A stretch of 64,000 nt of DNA from Owenia fusiformis (taxonomy: Eukaryota). Below, piece by piece: positions 1 to 12,998 of the stretch (within the stretch, counting starts at the first letter, position 1; every line of letters begins with the position of its first letter). The stretch is taken from positions 48,670,001-48,734,000 of the forward strand of contig CAIIXF020000001.1 in the NCBI GenBank assembly GCA_903813345.2, read 5' to 3'. The notes beneath the pieces are model-generated. The model saw nothing but the letters and a program-made list of their open reading frames with translations. It searched no databases and was not told the DNA's origin. A program made the translations under genes and the position numbers.

Positions 1-78
1 GTTTTCCCTCCATGTATATACAGTTATATGAGCATAAAAATGCAAATCCCTATAACCTGCAAGAACCATGTATTTTAG

Positions 79-174
79 GTGTGATGATAAATGATGCAGC
101 AGAGGCCTGCGTGTTTGCAGGAGACCATGCTACAATCACTCTCACTGGAATAGATATGGTCAACATTAATGTTG
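79..174 (+). CDS. HBS1L: HBS1-like translational GTPase, internal coding exon (gene starts upstream of the window)
   Basis: Bounded by ttttAG (77-78) and G|GTGAG (175). Translates to GVMINDAAEACVFAGDHATITLTGIDMVNINVG, matching the AGDH.....G.D...INVG stretch of HBS1L domain II. Phase is compatible with the next exon. Confidence 0.9.
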
Positions 175-300
175 GTGAGCAACCTATCTAAGGTCAATGT
201 GTACCAATTGTATTAGTTTAATAATTACTGGTATAGTTTCAATTTGAAGTTTCAACATTAAGGCTGTATTTTTGTATGCCCACGGTGCTAGTGAATTGTG

Positions 301-582
301 TAATATTTAAATTTTTCACCCCAGGTATCACTAAAAAGAACAATAAGTCATTCAGTGCAAATTATATGCTCGTGTGTTTTCAACAAAAATAGCTCATCCA
401 AGAGCACTTACACTCACATAATTCTTTTGAAAGACATCACAGTTTATTGCAATCGAATTAGCTGTGTAAGTGCGCTGGAATGAGCTGTTTTTGTTAAAAA
501 ACGTGGGGCCATGGTATTTGCACCGTAGGGGCTTATCGTTCTTTTTCGTGATACATAGGGGGGAGGGAAATTATTGAATATT
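301..582. mobile_element. Palindromic (foldback) MITE-like insert in an HBS1L intron
   Basis: Left arm (gtatcactaaaaagaacaataag...caaaaatagctcatcc..gcacttacac) is the imperfect reverse complement of the right arm (gtgtaagtgc..gaatgagctgtttttg...cttatcgttctttttcgtgatac). Confidence 0.65.
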
Positions 583-691
583 ATGCAACTGACTTCCACC
601 ATGGGCAGTTCAAAAATGCAGCCTATGGCTTTTGCATATCACTCAAGCCTCAACCCCCTTGATTATCATCTCTTTAAATACCCTGTTTCAG

Positions 692-795
692 GTACAATAA
701 TATGTGCATACAATGACCCAATCAAGGTTACTAGCAGATTAAAGGCAAGGGTGGTTATATTCAACATTGATGTGCCAATCACTAAAGGATTTCCT
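692..795 (+). CDS. HBS1L: HBS1L coding exon
   Basis: tttcAG|...CCT|GTAAGT. Translates to GTIICAYNDPIKVTSRLKARVVIFNIDVPITKGFP; IFNI..PITKGFP is typical of HBS1L domain III. Confidence 0.93.
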
Positions 796-1160
796 GTAAG
801 TGAATTGAAATATATGTATAAATAGTTCTAAGATTAGGCTTTGTGCAAGTTTGTTTAGCATGTCCCCTTTCTATGATATCTCATAAAAGGTCTATGATAT
901 CTTACCAAATAGTTTTGTATTAAAGATTAAGATGAAGAAATGTTTAATTTGTGAAGGAACTGGAATATGGCTGAAATGGAAATTTATATTTTGAGGAGAA
1001 ATATGAAAGTATCTGTATTTCCTTGAACTAGGTGTAAAATCTGGATTTTTCTATTAGAATATGGGTATTATAGAGGGATTGATATGAGACAAAAAGACAG
1101 TGAATAAGAGACATTTTGTCAACTTTGCATTCTATATGTGACTCTACCTTCAATTTCCAG

Positions 1161-1261
1161 GTGGTTTTCCACTGCCAGGCTGTGACTGAACCTGCACACA
1201 TACGTAAAATAATTAGCCAGCTACATAAGAGCACTGGTGAGGTGGTGAAGAAAAAACCTAA
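1161..1261 (+). CDS. HBS1L: HBS1L coding exon
   Basis: ttccAG|...AA|GTAAGT. Translates to [34 protein letters not shown], with the KSTGEV.KKKP motif. Confidence 0.93.
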
Positions 1262-1587
1262 GTAAGTAAGACACTGTATTGCTCTTATCTAAACGCTATT
1301 ATTACCCCATAGAACTAAGTTCCAGTCGAGATATAGAGAAACTGACAATTAAATGTTATGCAGTATTCGTCTTAAAGTTTTGATTAGGTTATGAGTGCAC
1401 AATGAAGTATTTGAGTTTGTAATATATAATATGGTGCTTTGTTAACACTTGAATACTAGGATGTTAAAAAAATAGGCATAACATAATGGCGTGATGTTAT
1501 AATATTATTACTAATTCCATAAATTGAGATGAAAATTAAAAAAATTGTTCTTGTTTTAATCTTATCATCTTCCTTTGGTTATCTTAG

Positions 1588-1732
1588 GTGTTTATCCAAG
1601 AATATGAGTGCTCTAGTCGAGATAGAAGTTAGTCGGCCTATATGTATAGAGCTGTATAAGGAATACAAGGATCTGGGCAGGTTCATGCTTAGGTATGCTG
1701 GCTCAACTATAGCTGCTGGACTGGTCACAGAG
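1588..1732 (+). CDS. HBS1L: HBS1L coding exon
   Basis: cttAG|...GAG|GTATGT. Translates to [63 protein letters not shown] is the HBS1L C-terminal motif. Confidence 0.95.
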
Positions 1733-1887
1733 GTATGTATCAGAAGTTATGTTCTGAGAAGTTTCACTGAAAAAGTGTACATAGATAAAGATTTTTCTCA
1801 ACGGGATAAACGCTCGGGATAAACCATGAAAAATCAAGAAAAGCCCATAGATAAACTGACTAGAATAGAATGATACCAGGGTTTGTT

Positions 1888-2160
1888 TTCATGTACTATT
1901 CTTACAAACATGTACTGTACTTACATCATGTACTGTAATAAGTACTACTTGTACTGTGCTGATTTCATGTACTGAACGTTTAGTGTACTTCATGTACTTA
2001 CAATATGGACTGTAACTACTTGTACTACATGTACTGTACTAACTTCATGTATTGATCTTACAACAGATTATTTCATGTACTGTGCTTACTTAATGTACAG
2101 TTTATCGGCATATACCATATTCACTTCATAAACTACAGTACTTCTATTTTTTCTTACAAA
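1888..2160 (+). repeat. Degenerate short tandem repeat (catgtactgtacttac-like units)
   Basis: catgtact/tgtactgt recurs roughly every 20 bp through the interval. Confidence 0.6.
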
Positions 2161-2333
2161 AATGTGATGCAGATCATACCACTTTTCATAATGATATCAG
2201 GGTATAATTTTGACATGTTCTTCACTGTTAAACATGTATATCAGTAAATGTATTGTTAGTATAGAATAAAATAGTTATATAATATAGCATAAAAATGTCT
2301 AGTGTAAGTTAGTTTAGTGTAAGTTACTTTATA

Positions 2334-3459
2334 CAGGGTGGGCCATAAAAAACCAATACCCAAATTTAAATCAGACTGAAAATAGCTATGTTCAATATGA
2401 TACACTGATTTATATATCATTTTAAAGGTTATCCATTTTCGAACAATTTGGTATATAACACTATGTCATGAAATCAATATTAACGTTTTATTATGCTTAT
2501 TTGGGAGGCCGGGTCAGTATTTAAGGTATCCAGATTTTAGGGAGAAAATAGTAAATCTGCTGAACAATGTTAATTTTTTATTTATAGAATATCATTTTGT
2601 TAGGTGAATAAATGCTTGTATATTTGCATATTGTGTGACTAAACTTATTGTTTATGAATTTTAGTGTTGTTTATTATCAATAAGTACTCAAAGGGGGTCT
2701 GTTAAAAGACATTAAACGTATATGTGACGAGGATTTTATTTTCCAACAAGACATTGCCCCGTATCATAGATCTCAAGAGACATTGGCATTCCTTTGCAAA
2801 CAAGGTGTCAGTTTGATTGATCTCGATGCTTGGCCACCCAACAGCCCCGATGCTACATGTAATTTGTTTGATTACGATACATGGAGCCATCTCGAGGAAA
2901 TGGTACAATCAAAAGCATCCAATAAACAGCTTTGATGTGCTGAAACAGAATCCTAAAGTGCTGAAATGAATTGCAACAGAAATCTCTAAATAAGGCTATT
3001 GATAGATTGCGCTACCACTTGAAGCTTATTGTTGATGCATAGGGGAGGGGGTGGGGGTATATTGAGCAATTGTGAAAATTGTTTAAATAAATAAAGTGTA
3101 AAATGTTATTAAACAACACTGAAATTCATAAACAATAAATTTAGTCACACAATGATGCAAATATCAGTATCCAAGCATGTATTCACCTAACAAAAGAATG
3201 ATATTCTATAAATAAAAAATTAACATAATTCCGCAGATTTACTATTTTCTCCCTTAAATCTGGAGACCTTAAATAGCGACCCGGCCTCCCAAATAAGTAT
3301 AATAAAACTTTACTATTGATTTCATGACATAGTGTTATATACCAAATTGTTTGAAATTGTATAACCTTTAAAATGATATGTAAGTCAATGTACCATATTG
3401 AATGTAACTATTTTTATCCTGATTTGAAGTTGGGTATTGGTTTTTTTTGGCCCACCCTG
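2334..3459 (+). mobile_element. Tc1/mariner (maT, DD37D-like) deletion derivative with ~350-bp TIRs
   Basis: TA|CAGGGTGGGCCA...TGGCCCACCCTG|TA with long TIRs. The internal remnant (~2735-2900) translates FIFQQDIAPYHRSQET...WPPNSPD..N..DY..W, the catalytic second and third Asp region of a Tc1/mariner transposase. Confidence 0.88.
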
Positions 3460-3634
3460 TAAATATCATAAATTTTATTTAAGACAGTTTTATATACTAG
3501 TACTTAGTATTGTTCATCATTTCAGAGCATTACTGAAAATGACAAAAAGTTGATGTATAGTTTTGAATTTCTCTTGTAGGAAAGAAATCGGGCTAAATCT
3601 TGTGTATTGTACTATTAATCCTGTGTATTTGCAG

Positions 3635-3661
3635 ATCATTGATCCAAAATCTAAGGCCTGA
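3635..3661 (+). CDS. HBS1L: HBS1L terminal coding exon (IIDPKSKA*)
   Basis: tatttgcAG acceptor, phase 0, giving ...VTE-IIDPKSKA-stop, like the short TEI.. tail of known HBS1L proteins. AATAAA signals follow near 4188 and 4288. Confidence 0.7.
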   Translation: MIDPKSKA

Positions 3662-5224
3662 AACTGATGTAAAATACTTTGGGAACCACTGGGATTTACT
3701 GCCATATTGGCATTATATTTAGGACATTAACTATTTGTTGGACTATCTGAAACCAGACAAGACTATAATAATTATTGATAATTATTGAAGATTTTCTGAA
3801 ATCTTAAAAGGAGAGGATATATTCCTCTTAGGTATAAAGAAGCTTTATTTATTTTAAAAGAATCACTCCAGCAATTTGGCAATATATGAGTTAAAAAGAA
3901 TGTTTGGTTGATGTAGGATGATATTTCTTTTATCAATGAAATAGCAAATATGCACATAATTAACTTTAACTCAAGAAGAAGGGTTATATGGGTAATAAGT
4001 TGTGATAGCCTCTAAATTGAAATACATTTAGATAGCTCAAGCTGTGGAATTATGTTTTATTAGTCTTGCTTCAAGTCTTTACCCCAGTTCACACATATCT
4101 ATTTCTCCTTGAGGAGGAGAGGTATTTAGCGGGTCTCAAGGACTTCATGGAAGATGATTGTTTTATTTATTCCGGTTGAATTTTGAAAATAAAAGGTTTG
4201 GTGTTTGAAATGCTATGTTAAATCAAATAACACTAGTATCATAAATTGCAACTCTTTGTTATGATGATTTGCATAAATGAATAATGAATAAAATACCAAG
4301 AACTTTATACAAAGGAATTGTTTATTATGTCAGATGAGAACAAGACAAATGCTACTTCTACAAATGGCGATATATTCCAGTAATTTGTGTGACGATTTTA
4401 CACCAGATCTTTAAAAAACGTAATTATAATATTAATTAGGTTCTTGTGTTTGGTTTTAAACACCTACACTCCCCTCGAAAAGTTTGGCAACCTTAGCTCC
4501 CCCATCGGAACTGTGTGTTAAAGTGTCTTTTTGTTTGCTTTTTACCTCATTTTACCCTTTTGCCACTCCTTTATTGTGCTTTCAGTGAACATTGTGATAA
4601 TGTAAGGTTGACACGTCACTTGAATTAAATTTCAGTTGTGGGTTCACTTTGAAAGTGATATACTGGTATAATGGTTGCAATTAATCTTGTAAAGTAGTCT
4701 AGTATCCCTTTTTGTTAATTTTGTATGTGGATGGAAAGTCTTGCTTTGGCTGAAGCCAGTTTGATATAGTCTAGTGTTTCAAATTTATTGAGATAAATTA
4801 AGTTCGGAACAAATCTTTTTGATGTTATTTGTTACTCCTAGCATTGTTGTATAGTTTGTCCATGTTGAAGCACTGTTTAGCAATTTGTTATATGCTTATA
4901 CATTATGTGATATTTGCTATACTTATGTAGACTATTTACATTTACTAAGTATAGGAATCCTAGTACTAGTATTCAGACTGATTAATGTGATCAAAAATAC
5001 CATAATGTATTTCACACCGCTAAATTAAAAGATATTTCACTATAGCATAATCAGATGATTTTTGCAGGAATGTAAAGATGACCTTCAGACTACACACAAT
5101 ACACCGTTCTGAAATTATTGAATATTGAACAGACATTTCCCTCCGATAATGTCTATTGTTGTTAGGTACATTTTATAATATAATAGCATGTTTGTCAATA
5201 TTTCAAAATTGTCGTCTTCCATGA

Positions 5225-7699
5225 TTATAACTGTAGCAATGGTTGCATGTCATCGTCAACAGTATCATCAAATTGGGCTATCTCTGTCGCAGGATTTCTC
5301 TCAACCCGATTCTCAATCACTTGGCCTTGTGGAGAATCAACATGATTTGCACCACCGACAGGAGTGTCATTTTGTACTTCGCCAAAATCTAGAGCCTCTT
5401 TTAGCCTCAACCAGAATGCTGGGTTCTGGGAAGAATCTTTCGGCCATTGAAGATACGTCTTCTGACCAAGGTAGCTCTTCAAACTGGAAGATATTTTATC
5501 CTTGTTTAGATCCTTCAAATCGTGCAATAGGATCATTACCATGGTGTCATAGGTGGCATCCAAACGTTTATTCTTCGACAGCTCAAACTCAAAATTACTC
5601 CATCTGCTTTCTAAGTAATTGTTCGACATTAGTATGATCACTTTGCGGCTAGCTTCAATGAAGTGTATGATGTTTGTATTAATGAGTTCACCAGGGATAA
5701 AGTCACGCTGATGAATAACAAGAGAGAGACCAAATTCGTTCTCCATTTTTTCCTGTATTTGAACAATGATTGAAATATCATCATTGCTGCTATATGACAA
5801 GAAGCCGTGATAGTTGAATAACCTGTAGTCATCCGATTGTTTCTTGGTGTGTATGATTCTCCTTGTCATCTGTCTACTTAGTAGACATAGATACTCCAGA
5901 CGATGTCGTTTAGTGTAGATTAAACAGCACATAGTGACCAGCACGATCATGACACCTATTGACGTCGAAATAGACACTATAACAGGCCTCTTACAAATGA
6001 ATGTTGTTTCATCAATGTTTAGCTTGTGTAGGAGGTGATATTTGGAGTCTCTCAGGCAGCGATATGATTTATACTCATGGAACTGCACTTGGGTTGTTTT
6101 CATCCATTTTATGAACTCTAATTGACTGCACCCACAAAGCAAAGGATTGAAATTCAAGTCTACCACAAGTCTGGATTGATCCTGTTTGGCCATAGCAATA
6201 CGATCCAATTGTGACATCATCGATTTGGAAAGCTGACTCATAAGGTTTGACGATGCGTTCAACAGTTTCAGAGCCAGGTTATTATGTAAATCGATATCCA
6301 AAGAAACAATGCCATTGTTACTCAGGTTTATATATCGCACATTCTCCATGTCAGTGAATGTATTCACTTGTGGATCTGCGTTATTTGTGTTTTCTAAATC
6401 AATAGATGTCACTTTTGAACAATTTCGAAATGTTGATACAGTTTCATTTAGTTTCCTGTAAATAGGTCGCATGTCCACATTACCCAGAAGGAGAGTTTTA
6501 AGTTTTGGCAAGTTTCTGCAGTTGAATGTTTCTGGATCTGTAAATTCTATTCTTGAGTTCTGAAGGTTCACATCTGTGATGTTGGTCAATCCGATCGCTG
6601 GAGCTCCAAGTCCACCAATAATTGAGTCTGAAAAATCGATGACTTTAAGGTTGTTTGGAAAAGAAAAACATACACCACTGTCCCAAAATGGAAATGTTTT
6701 GGCAAGAACTGAATTGTCAATGTATAATTCTTCAATACCTATAGGAAGCGATTGACAGTTTCTAGTTCTCAGTATGTGTATCGGGTTGGTAGCCTTCATT
6801 GGCAGATGCGCATTGCCACCAATATTCATTACTTTCAAGTTATACATTAGTAATAGATTGGCGGCATAGAATATATTCCCATCGTGCCAAAAGCTTATAC
6901 TGAGGTAATTGGCCCTCAGAGAGACATACTCTAGCGAACTTAAAAGAGTACCAAAGCCATGTTCTATTGAGCTGATGTGATTTCCATCAAGTTTCAAAAC
7001 CTTCACGTTCAACCTTTTGAAGAAAATCATTTTTGACCTTTTCAGCATGTAGCTTTGAATCTGTGCATGTTTAAAACCAACATCGTTCGTGTATGATAAA
7101 TCTAAGTAGTCCGTCGAACAATTTGGACATGCGACCGTTAGTGCTCTAAGGCTATATATCATTCTGTTCAAGCCCATTCGATTATTTCCTCTCATCTCAA
7201 GATATTTGAGAGTTTTCAAGTCACAAAATGCCTTTTGGCCCATGTCTTTTAATGAACGGGACATTTTAGTGTAATAATTATATATAATAGTCCCAGATTG
7301 ACGTATCTTTAAATATTCCAATTTTTCCAGTCCTCCTAGTGACTCCTCTGGGATTGACTTGATGTTATTGCCACTGATATCCAAATACTTCAGATTTGTA
7401 TATCGTTTGAATGTGTCATTCTGAATATCCAGCACAGTTGGTATATCAGTGAGTTGTAGGTACTGGATAGAAGCTGGGAATGTCTGTGGCACACTGGTAA
7501 CGTACAGGGTCGTGCAGATGTATCTCATATCACTACATATGGAGCACCCATGTGGACACGTATGATTTTTCTCCATTGTAAAGTTAATATCTGGTTTATC
7601 AGGATATCGATACCTCGCTGATACTGTCGTCTCACCTATGTGTATACACAAAAATATACATATTTTCATCCAAAATATCATCATTGTTGAGGAACCCAT
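5225..7699 (-). CDS. Toll-like receptor, single-cysteine-cluster type, intronless CDS (824 aa)
   Basis: Signal peptide; LRRNT (CPHGCSIC); many LxxLxLxxN LRRs; one LRRCT (NPLLCGC..WM..YRC..C); TM helix (VIVSISTSIGVMIVLVTMCCLIY); TIR box1 YHGFLSYS, BB-loop HQRDFIPG and box3 FWLRL. Confidence 0.97.
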   Translation of the reverse strand: MGSSTMMIFWMKICIFLCIHIGETTVSARYRYPDKPDINFTMEKNHTCPHGCSICSDMRYICTTLYVTSVPQTFPASIQYLQLTDIPTVLDIQNDTFKRYTNLKYLDISGNNIKSIPEESLGGLEKLEYLKIRQSGTIIYNYYTKMSRSLKDMGQKAFCDLKTLKYLEMRGNNRMGLNRMIYSLRALTVACPNCSTDYLDLSYTNDVGFKHAQIQSYMLKRSKMIFFKRLNVKVLKLDGNHISSIEHGFGTLLSSLEYVSLRANYLSISFWHDGNIFYAANLLLMYNLKVMNIGGNAHLPMKATNPIHILRTRNCQSLPIGIEELYIDNSVLAKTFPFWDSGVCFSFPNNLKVIDFSDSIIGGLGAPAIGLTNITDVNLQNSRIEFTDPETFNCRNLPKLKTLLLGNVDMRPIYRKLNETVSTFRNCSKVTSIDLENTNNADPQVNTFTDMENVRYINLSNNGIVSLDIDLHNNLALKLLNASSNLMSQLSKSMMSQLDRIAMAKQDQSRLVVDLNFNPLLCGCSQLEFIKWMKTTQVQFHEYKSYRCLRDSKYHLLHKLNIDETTFICKRPVIVSISTSIGVMIVLVTMCCLIYTKRHRLEYLCLLSRQMTRRIIHTKKQSDDYRLFNYHGFLSYSSNDDISIIVQIQEKMENEFGLSLVIHQRDFIPGELINTNIIHFIEASRKVIILMSNNYLESRWSNFEFELSKNKRLDATYDTMVMILLHDLKDLNKDKISSSLKSYLGQKTYLQWPKDSSQNPAFWLRLKEALDFGEVQNDTPVGGANHVDSPQGQVIENRVERNPATEIAQFDDTVDDDMQPLLQL

Positions 7700-10253
7700 A
7701 TTGCTCTGCTTCTTTTATTTACCTTTCCTCTCTTTGAGATAACGTACATACACTGTAAACACTATACTTCTCTGTGGGTTGTTCATTGAATTGATCAGAA
7801 AATGCCTTAAAGGCCCAATGTTAAGTTTGAAAATATGTTTCATCACTCATTTACTAGGCCTATTTTTCATGATTTTAAAAGATATGTTTAACGATTTTTG
7901 AAAAAAAATCGGGGTAAAAAATTGTCATTATTTTTTAAATATTCAAATTTCCCTCCATTTTTTAAATAAAAGTTGAAATTTTTAATTACAAATATTCGAC
8001 TATACAGTGTAAATCATACTTCTTTAAAGCTAACACCATTGCGAAGATTGAACAACGGACATACTAATCCAATAATAAAATGTTTTATCTAATGTGTCAC
8101 TTGAATGTTTTTGTATATTAGATAAACCTGCATCCTAGGTGACATCATCGTGATGTCATTTAGGATGCAAACGTTTTTTGAAAAAAGTTCTCTTTTTCTA
8201 TGTCAGTCTTTTCTAGATAAGTTAAACTTTCAAAATAAACCAATTTTGATTGCCAACTAGATTAAAAAGATATCATGTTTTAAATATTACTGTACCATTG
8301 GTTTCTAGGAGAACTAAAATTTTAAAATGCATTTTTCGCTGAACCACTATTTTTCAACCGATTTTCTTAATTTTTCCTACGGAATTGAAGTGACGATGAT
8401 TTCTATGCATTTGTGCATGCTATTATCACTTATTACCCCTCCGAAGGAAGTTCGAGGTGATATAGAAAAGCAGTCCTCCATTCGTGTGTCCAGGGGCGAT
8501 AACTCAATTACCGGCTGATAAATTTTATTAAATTTTTATAAGGCCTTGAGAAGGAATTTTCAATATGGCCACTCAATTTAAAACGGCCGCCGTTTTTCGT
8601 ATAAAAATAATCTTTGATAACTCAAATACTAGTTGGCGGATTTGGTTCAAATTTTATATACTGATGCCTAAGAGCAAGGGAATAAGGCTATTTCCTAGGA
8701 ATTTTCAAGATGGCGGTCAAATTTCAAAATGGGTGCCAAATGTTCTCTTTGATAACTCAAATATCAGTGAATGGATTTGGTTCAAATTTTCTATGCTGAT
8801 GCCTAGGATCGAGAGGAAATTTTCTGGTCCCAAGGGTGACAACTGAATTTCAAAATGTCCGCCCGTCTTTTTTCATAAAAATGTACTCTTTAATAAATCA
8901 AATACCAGTGGATGGATTTGGTTATATGCTGCTACCTAGGGACAAAGGAGCTCTGCTCAAGAAGAAATTTTCAAGATGGCTCCAGAATTTTAAAATGGCC
9001 GCAATTTTTTGAAAAAAACATAATCTTTGATAACTCAAATACCTGTGGAAAGATTTGGTTCAAATTTTATATGCTGCTACATATGGACAAAGGCTAGGAG
9101 CTCCGCTCAAGACGAAATTTTAAGAGGGCAGCTGAATTTCTAAATGGCCACCAATTTTTGGAAAACATAATCTTTGATAACTCAAATACCAGTCGATGAA
9201 TTTGGTTCAAATTTTATATAGTGATATGCTCCATAGTGCTACGGCCAAGGCGATTTGTGTCCAAAACACCTAGATTCAATTTGACTTTAGATTCTTGTAG
9301 GGGACCCCAAGGCATGTAAAAAAAGTTTGTGAACCCTTGCAAAGCAGGCTCAAAAGTGCTGAGTCAGCAAATTTTATCATTTTCGAGTCGGAGTTTGACC
9401 ATATGCTTGAAACTATTTAATATCTCATTTCAGGATGTTGCAATTGTAATGAAACATTGTAAGTATATCAATAAGGCATGTATGAAGAATTCCTGAAAGT
9501 TTGGGTCTTATCCAACAAAATTTGGTAGAGATATGGGATAATTTGTCCCTAAAAGTACTTAATTTCTCTTCAAAATTTCTTAATCAGTCGATAGTTAATC
9601 AGTCGTTTAAAAAACAGTAAGGGCCAATGGTGTATAAAACCTGATTTAAAACTTCACTGATGATGTTAGCAAATATTTCTTGAATAAGTTTCAATAAACA
9701 GTACAAGTATCTATTTTTCTGATTTTTCTCTTTACCTTCCCCTAAAAATTCAAGAAAGGGGGCGTGGCACATAACACTTCAGTTGTTGAACTTTTTGCTA
9801 GGGTCAAATAGAAAATGTGTATCATTATAGCAAAAAGTGTTATTCTAAATAAATCTTAACACTATATGTGACATCATGATATGCTAAACATATTCATTAT
9901 CTACCATTTTATATTTTTTACAGCTTATCATTGCCATACCCCATAAAACCGTTTACGGTATGTGTGGTCAGCAATAGGAAATACATGTATGTGTACTTTA
10001 AACATTTTTCAAAATTGTATTTCAGATGCAATTCTATCCTAATGTTGTTCATGTAGTTATGGTATGTTAAGAATGAATTATGATGATAATATGTTATATT
10101 ACACTCCCCATCATAAGTTTTGTAACTGTAAGTCCCCCTTTGAATCACTTATTAAAGCTTGTCATGCTGTTTGGCAATTTTAAACAAGACATCAAGCTTT
10201 TGGAATAAAGCAATAAGGAACAAAATCAAGGTTCAAACATTGACAGACCTTAA

Positions 10254-12327
10254 CATAGCCGTAGGCAGCGGGGGTTCGGTGGGTTCGAACGAACCCCCGG
10301 TCAGGATTTCCCAAAATATCATTTTGCGGAAAATGCGTTATAACCAGAAACATTAAATCACTGTGCTATTTGAAAACTACATATATGAGCAGTAAATGAA
10401 TTGATGTTTGTTTTGGTGAACACGAAACCTTTATTTTGTTAAAAACATGTCATACTGAAGTTACACTTCCCTCAAAACGGTTGGCAACCTTAGGCACGAG
10501 ATGAGATTTTGGGAAGTCCCCAGAGCATGAGATTTTACATTTAGGAATAACAATAATTTCGCACAATTAACTTAAAAGCTGCTTCTTCTCGGACAAAATA
10601 ACCCATCTTGGGCAATGGCTACATATATGTAAATCAGTCCTTTGTAGGAATTTTGTTTTAAGCCAGTTCTGGTCCAATACAAAGTTATTGAAAGTTATTG
10701 AAAACAATGCTAAGACGTCCCATACTCCGAATGATTCCTTACAACATTGACGAATACATATCTGGAATAGTCGTAATATTGATGAAACACATGTTCTTTC
10801 AAATGTGTACAACTCTGTTTTGTTTTATTTCAATTAAAATTTAAAATATTTCTTTGGACGTCCCTTAGGCTGGCAAGTCCCCGAAACCAATAACCCAGAT
10901 GCGAGTAGAAATAATCTTGATTTACGTCATTAAAAATTCAGTCAAAGTAATATCATATTTGAAATCTACATGTAAAATTACATCTAGAAATGTGGTTTTA
11001 AAAAGTGTTTATCAACTTTGAAAAATTAATTTTCTTTGAAAATGTGACTTCTAGCTCGGGGAGATTCCCCATAGACCCCGTGCTATAAAATCACAAAAAA
11101 TGAAATATCTTTTCTTTTAGTGAACAGATAATATTTTGCTTTACTGGACATATTTTCATTAGTATAAGTATCAGGCACATAAGGGTTATATGAAAATTGA
11201 GCCACTTGAATTGATAATATTCAAGTTTAAGGGAACTTTCTTATATACCTGCCATGTTAATTGGCCCGAATCAGCCACCTGGTGGTGAAACTGGTAACTA
11301 CCTACTCGCATTTGGGTAATTGCGTTAAATAATTAAAAACGTTGTGAAATGAATTATTTAAAAGCGTATATCATTTATAAGCACAGGCATTTGTTCAATT
11401 TATTCATTCTTTAATTTGTTCACTATTTATTTACCAACCACTTTTCCAAAGAAAAATCAATCATTGTAAAAATGATTTGTTTTTTCAGATACACTCCACT
11501 CATCTAAGAGATGGTGTAGAATTCAAATTGTTATCGTTCCAGTTTAACTGCACTCCATTTTCATGTTAATGTCATGATATGTTTAGCGAATAAATTACAC
11601 AATAAAGAAACATTGAAAAATCATATGGTATTAATCTTCAGATAATGAAGGCCTAATTTGTTATCAAGCCGTCTAAACTTAACAAAATACGTTTTATATT
11701 CGAACAGTCGCTTGTATTTATATATGATTTATATCCACCAAAACGTTTTTATTATCAATTGCAGTTGATCTTCTCCGGGGGACTTACCACTGGGCTCCGG
11801 GGACGTCCAAAGAAATATTTTTAACTTTTTAAAACAAAGCATATACCGAGACCCACTTATTTGAATAATAGATATTTTCATCAGTAATACGACTATCCCG
11901 GACAGTTTAAAAAGCCGTTTAAACGTTGTGAAAAGTTATCGTAGAAGAACGATCTTTCGGAGTATACGTCCTGTGTTCTTTCAATGGAAGAGGTTTCTTG
12001 ATAAAGCCTATTATTTTCAGACTTTGCTTAACGTAAATAAAGACATCGTTTTTGTTAAATAAAATTCAAATTCAATTGTCTACTTAACTTAATGAAGGTA
12101 TTAAAATTAATTATGTTCCCCCTCCCAAAATAGTTTTTTCTTTACAAATAAGAATTCAAACTTTAAGATGCTTTTAATACATAATCCAATGGGTTAGTTA
12201 GGATTGCTAAACTTTTGGAGGGGGTGTAATTGTACAAATTGCATTATTTTAGGAACCCTAATGAAGGGGGATTTGTGAATTACATAAAAATAGAACCCCC
12301 GGTCATCAAATCCTGGCTACGCCACTG
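10254..12327. mobile_element. hAT-like non-autonomous element in the left TIR of Academ copy 1, with further nested inverted-repeat elements
   Basis: Absent from copy 2. Ends catagccgtaggcag / ctggctacgccactg, with gaacccccgg near both ends. Confidence 0.65.
10894..11316. mobile_element. Small TIR MITE (CCC...GGG termini, piggyBac-like)
   Basis: CCCAGATGCGAGTAG...CTACTCGCATTTGGG inverted ends; flanks ataa / taat (degenerate TTAA). Confidence 0.5.
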
Positions 12328-12673
12328 CTTGCCAACCTTATGGAGGGGGTGTATAAATATTATATGTGTCATAAATTGTTTAGTTGTAGAAACCTGACGC
12401 CAAAGGAAATAATAGTGCCTTACATTCTCTCAAAGACAGTGATCAATTCCGTGGCACTGGGTTTGTTGACATTACTTATTTGATATGTGACATTACGCGA
12501 GTTTGGTCCTAAGGCCAACATATTCCAATGGTGCAGAATCCCACTCGCCCCATCAAGTCCCACTATGCCATATTGAGTCCCACAATGTCCCAAGAGACCT
12601 TGTTAACTTTGCCCCATGGAGTCTCATCGAGTCCCTCCATATCCCATCGAATCTCACGGAAATGATGTAATTT

Positions 12674-12998
12674 CACTCTTAAAAATGAATTACTTGAGTA
12701 TTTCCCAAGTATAAAAATTACTTAAAGTTAAATACTTAGTTTTACTTCATTTTACTTAGGTTTAACTTATATTGTCATTTTGAGTTTTTTAATTGCTTAA
12801 TTATGTAAATGAGTATTTCAATTACTACAGTAAGTATTTCAATTTCTCTCCTTGCATTAGTAATTTCACCATAAATGAATTACTTAAAAATTACTTAAAA
12901 ATTATTCAGTAGTTCAAGATTATTTAAGTAATTTTTGACTTAAAATGAGTAGTACAATTTCTCAATATAAGGAATCCAAGTAATAATTTTTAAGAGTG
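12674..12998. mobile_element. CACTA/EnSpm-like MITE
   Basis: CACTCTTAAAAA...TTTTTAAGAGTG. The empty site in copy 2 (taatttagttt, ~33611) shows a 2-bp TT TSD. Internal ttactt/aagtaa subterminal repeats. Confidence 0.75.

Noticed and set aside
3580..3618. Alternative HBS1L last-exon acceptor (ctcttgtAG|gaaaga...)
   Set aside because: It gives ERNRAKSCVLYY*, which fits the conserved TEI.. ending less well than the 3635 acceptor. It cannot be fully excluded without RNA data.
5188..5832. ORFs 5188-5637 (+) and 5638-5832 (-)
   Set aside because: Antisense or alternate-frame shadows of the TLR CDS with no recognisable motifs.
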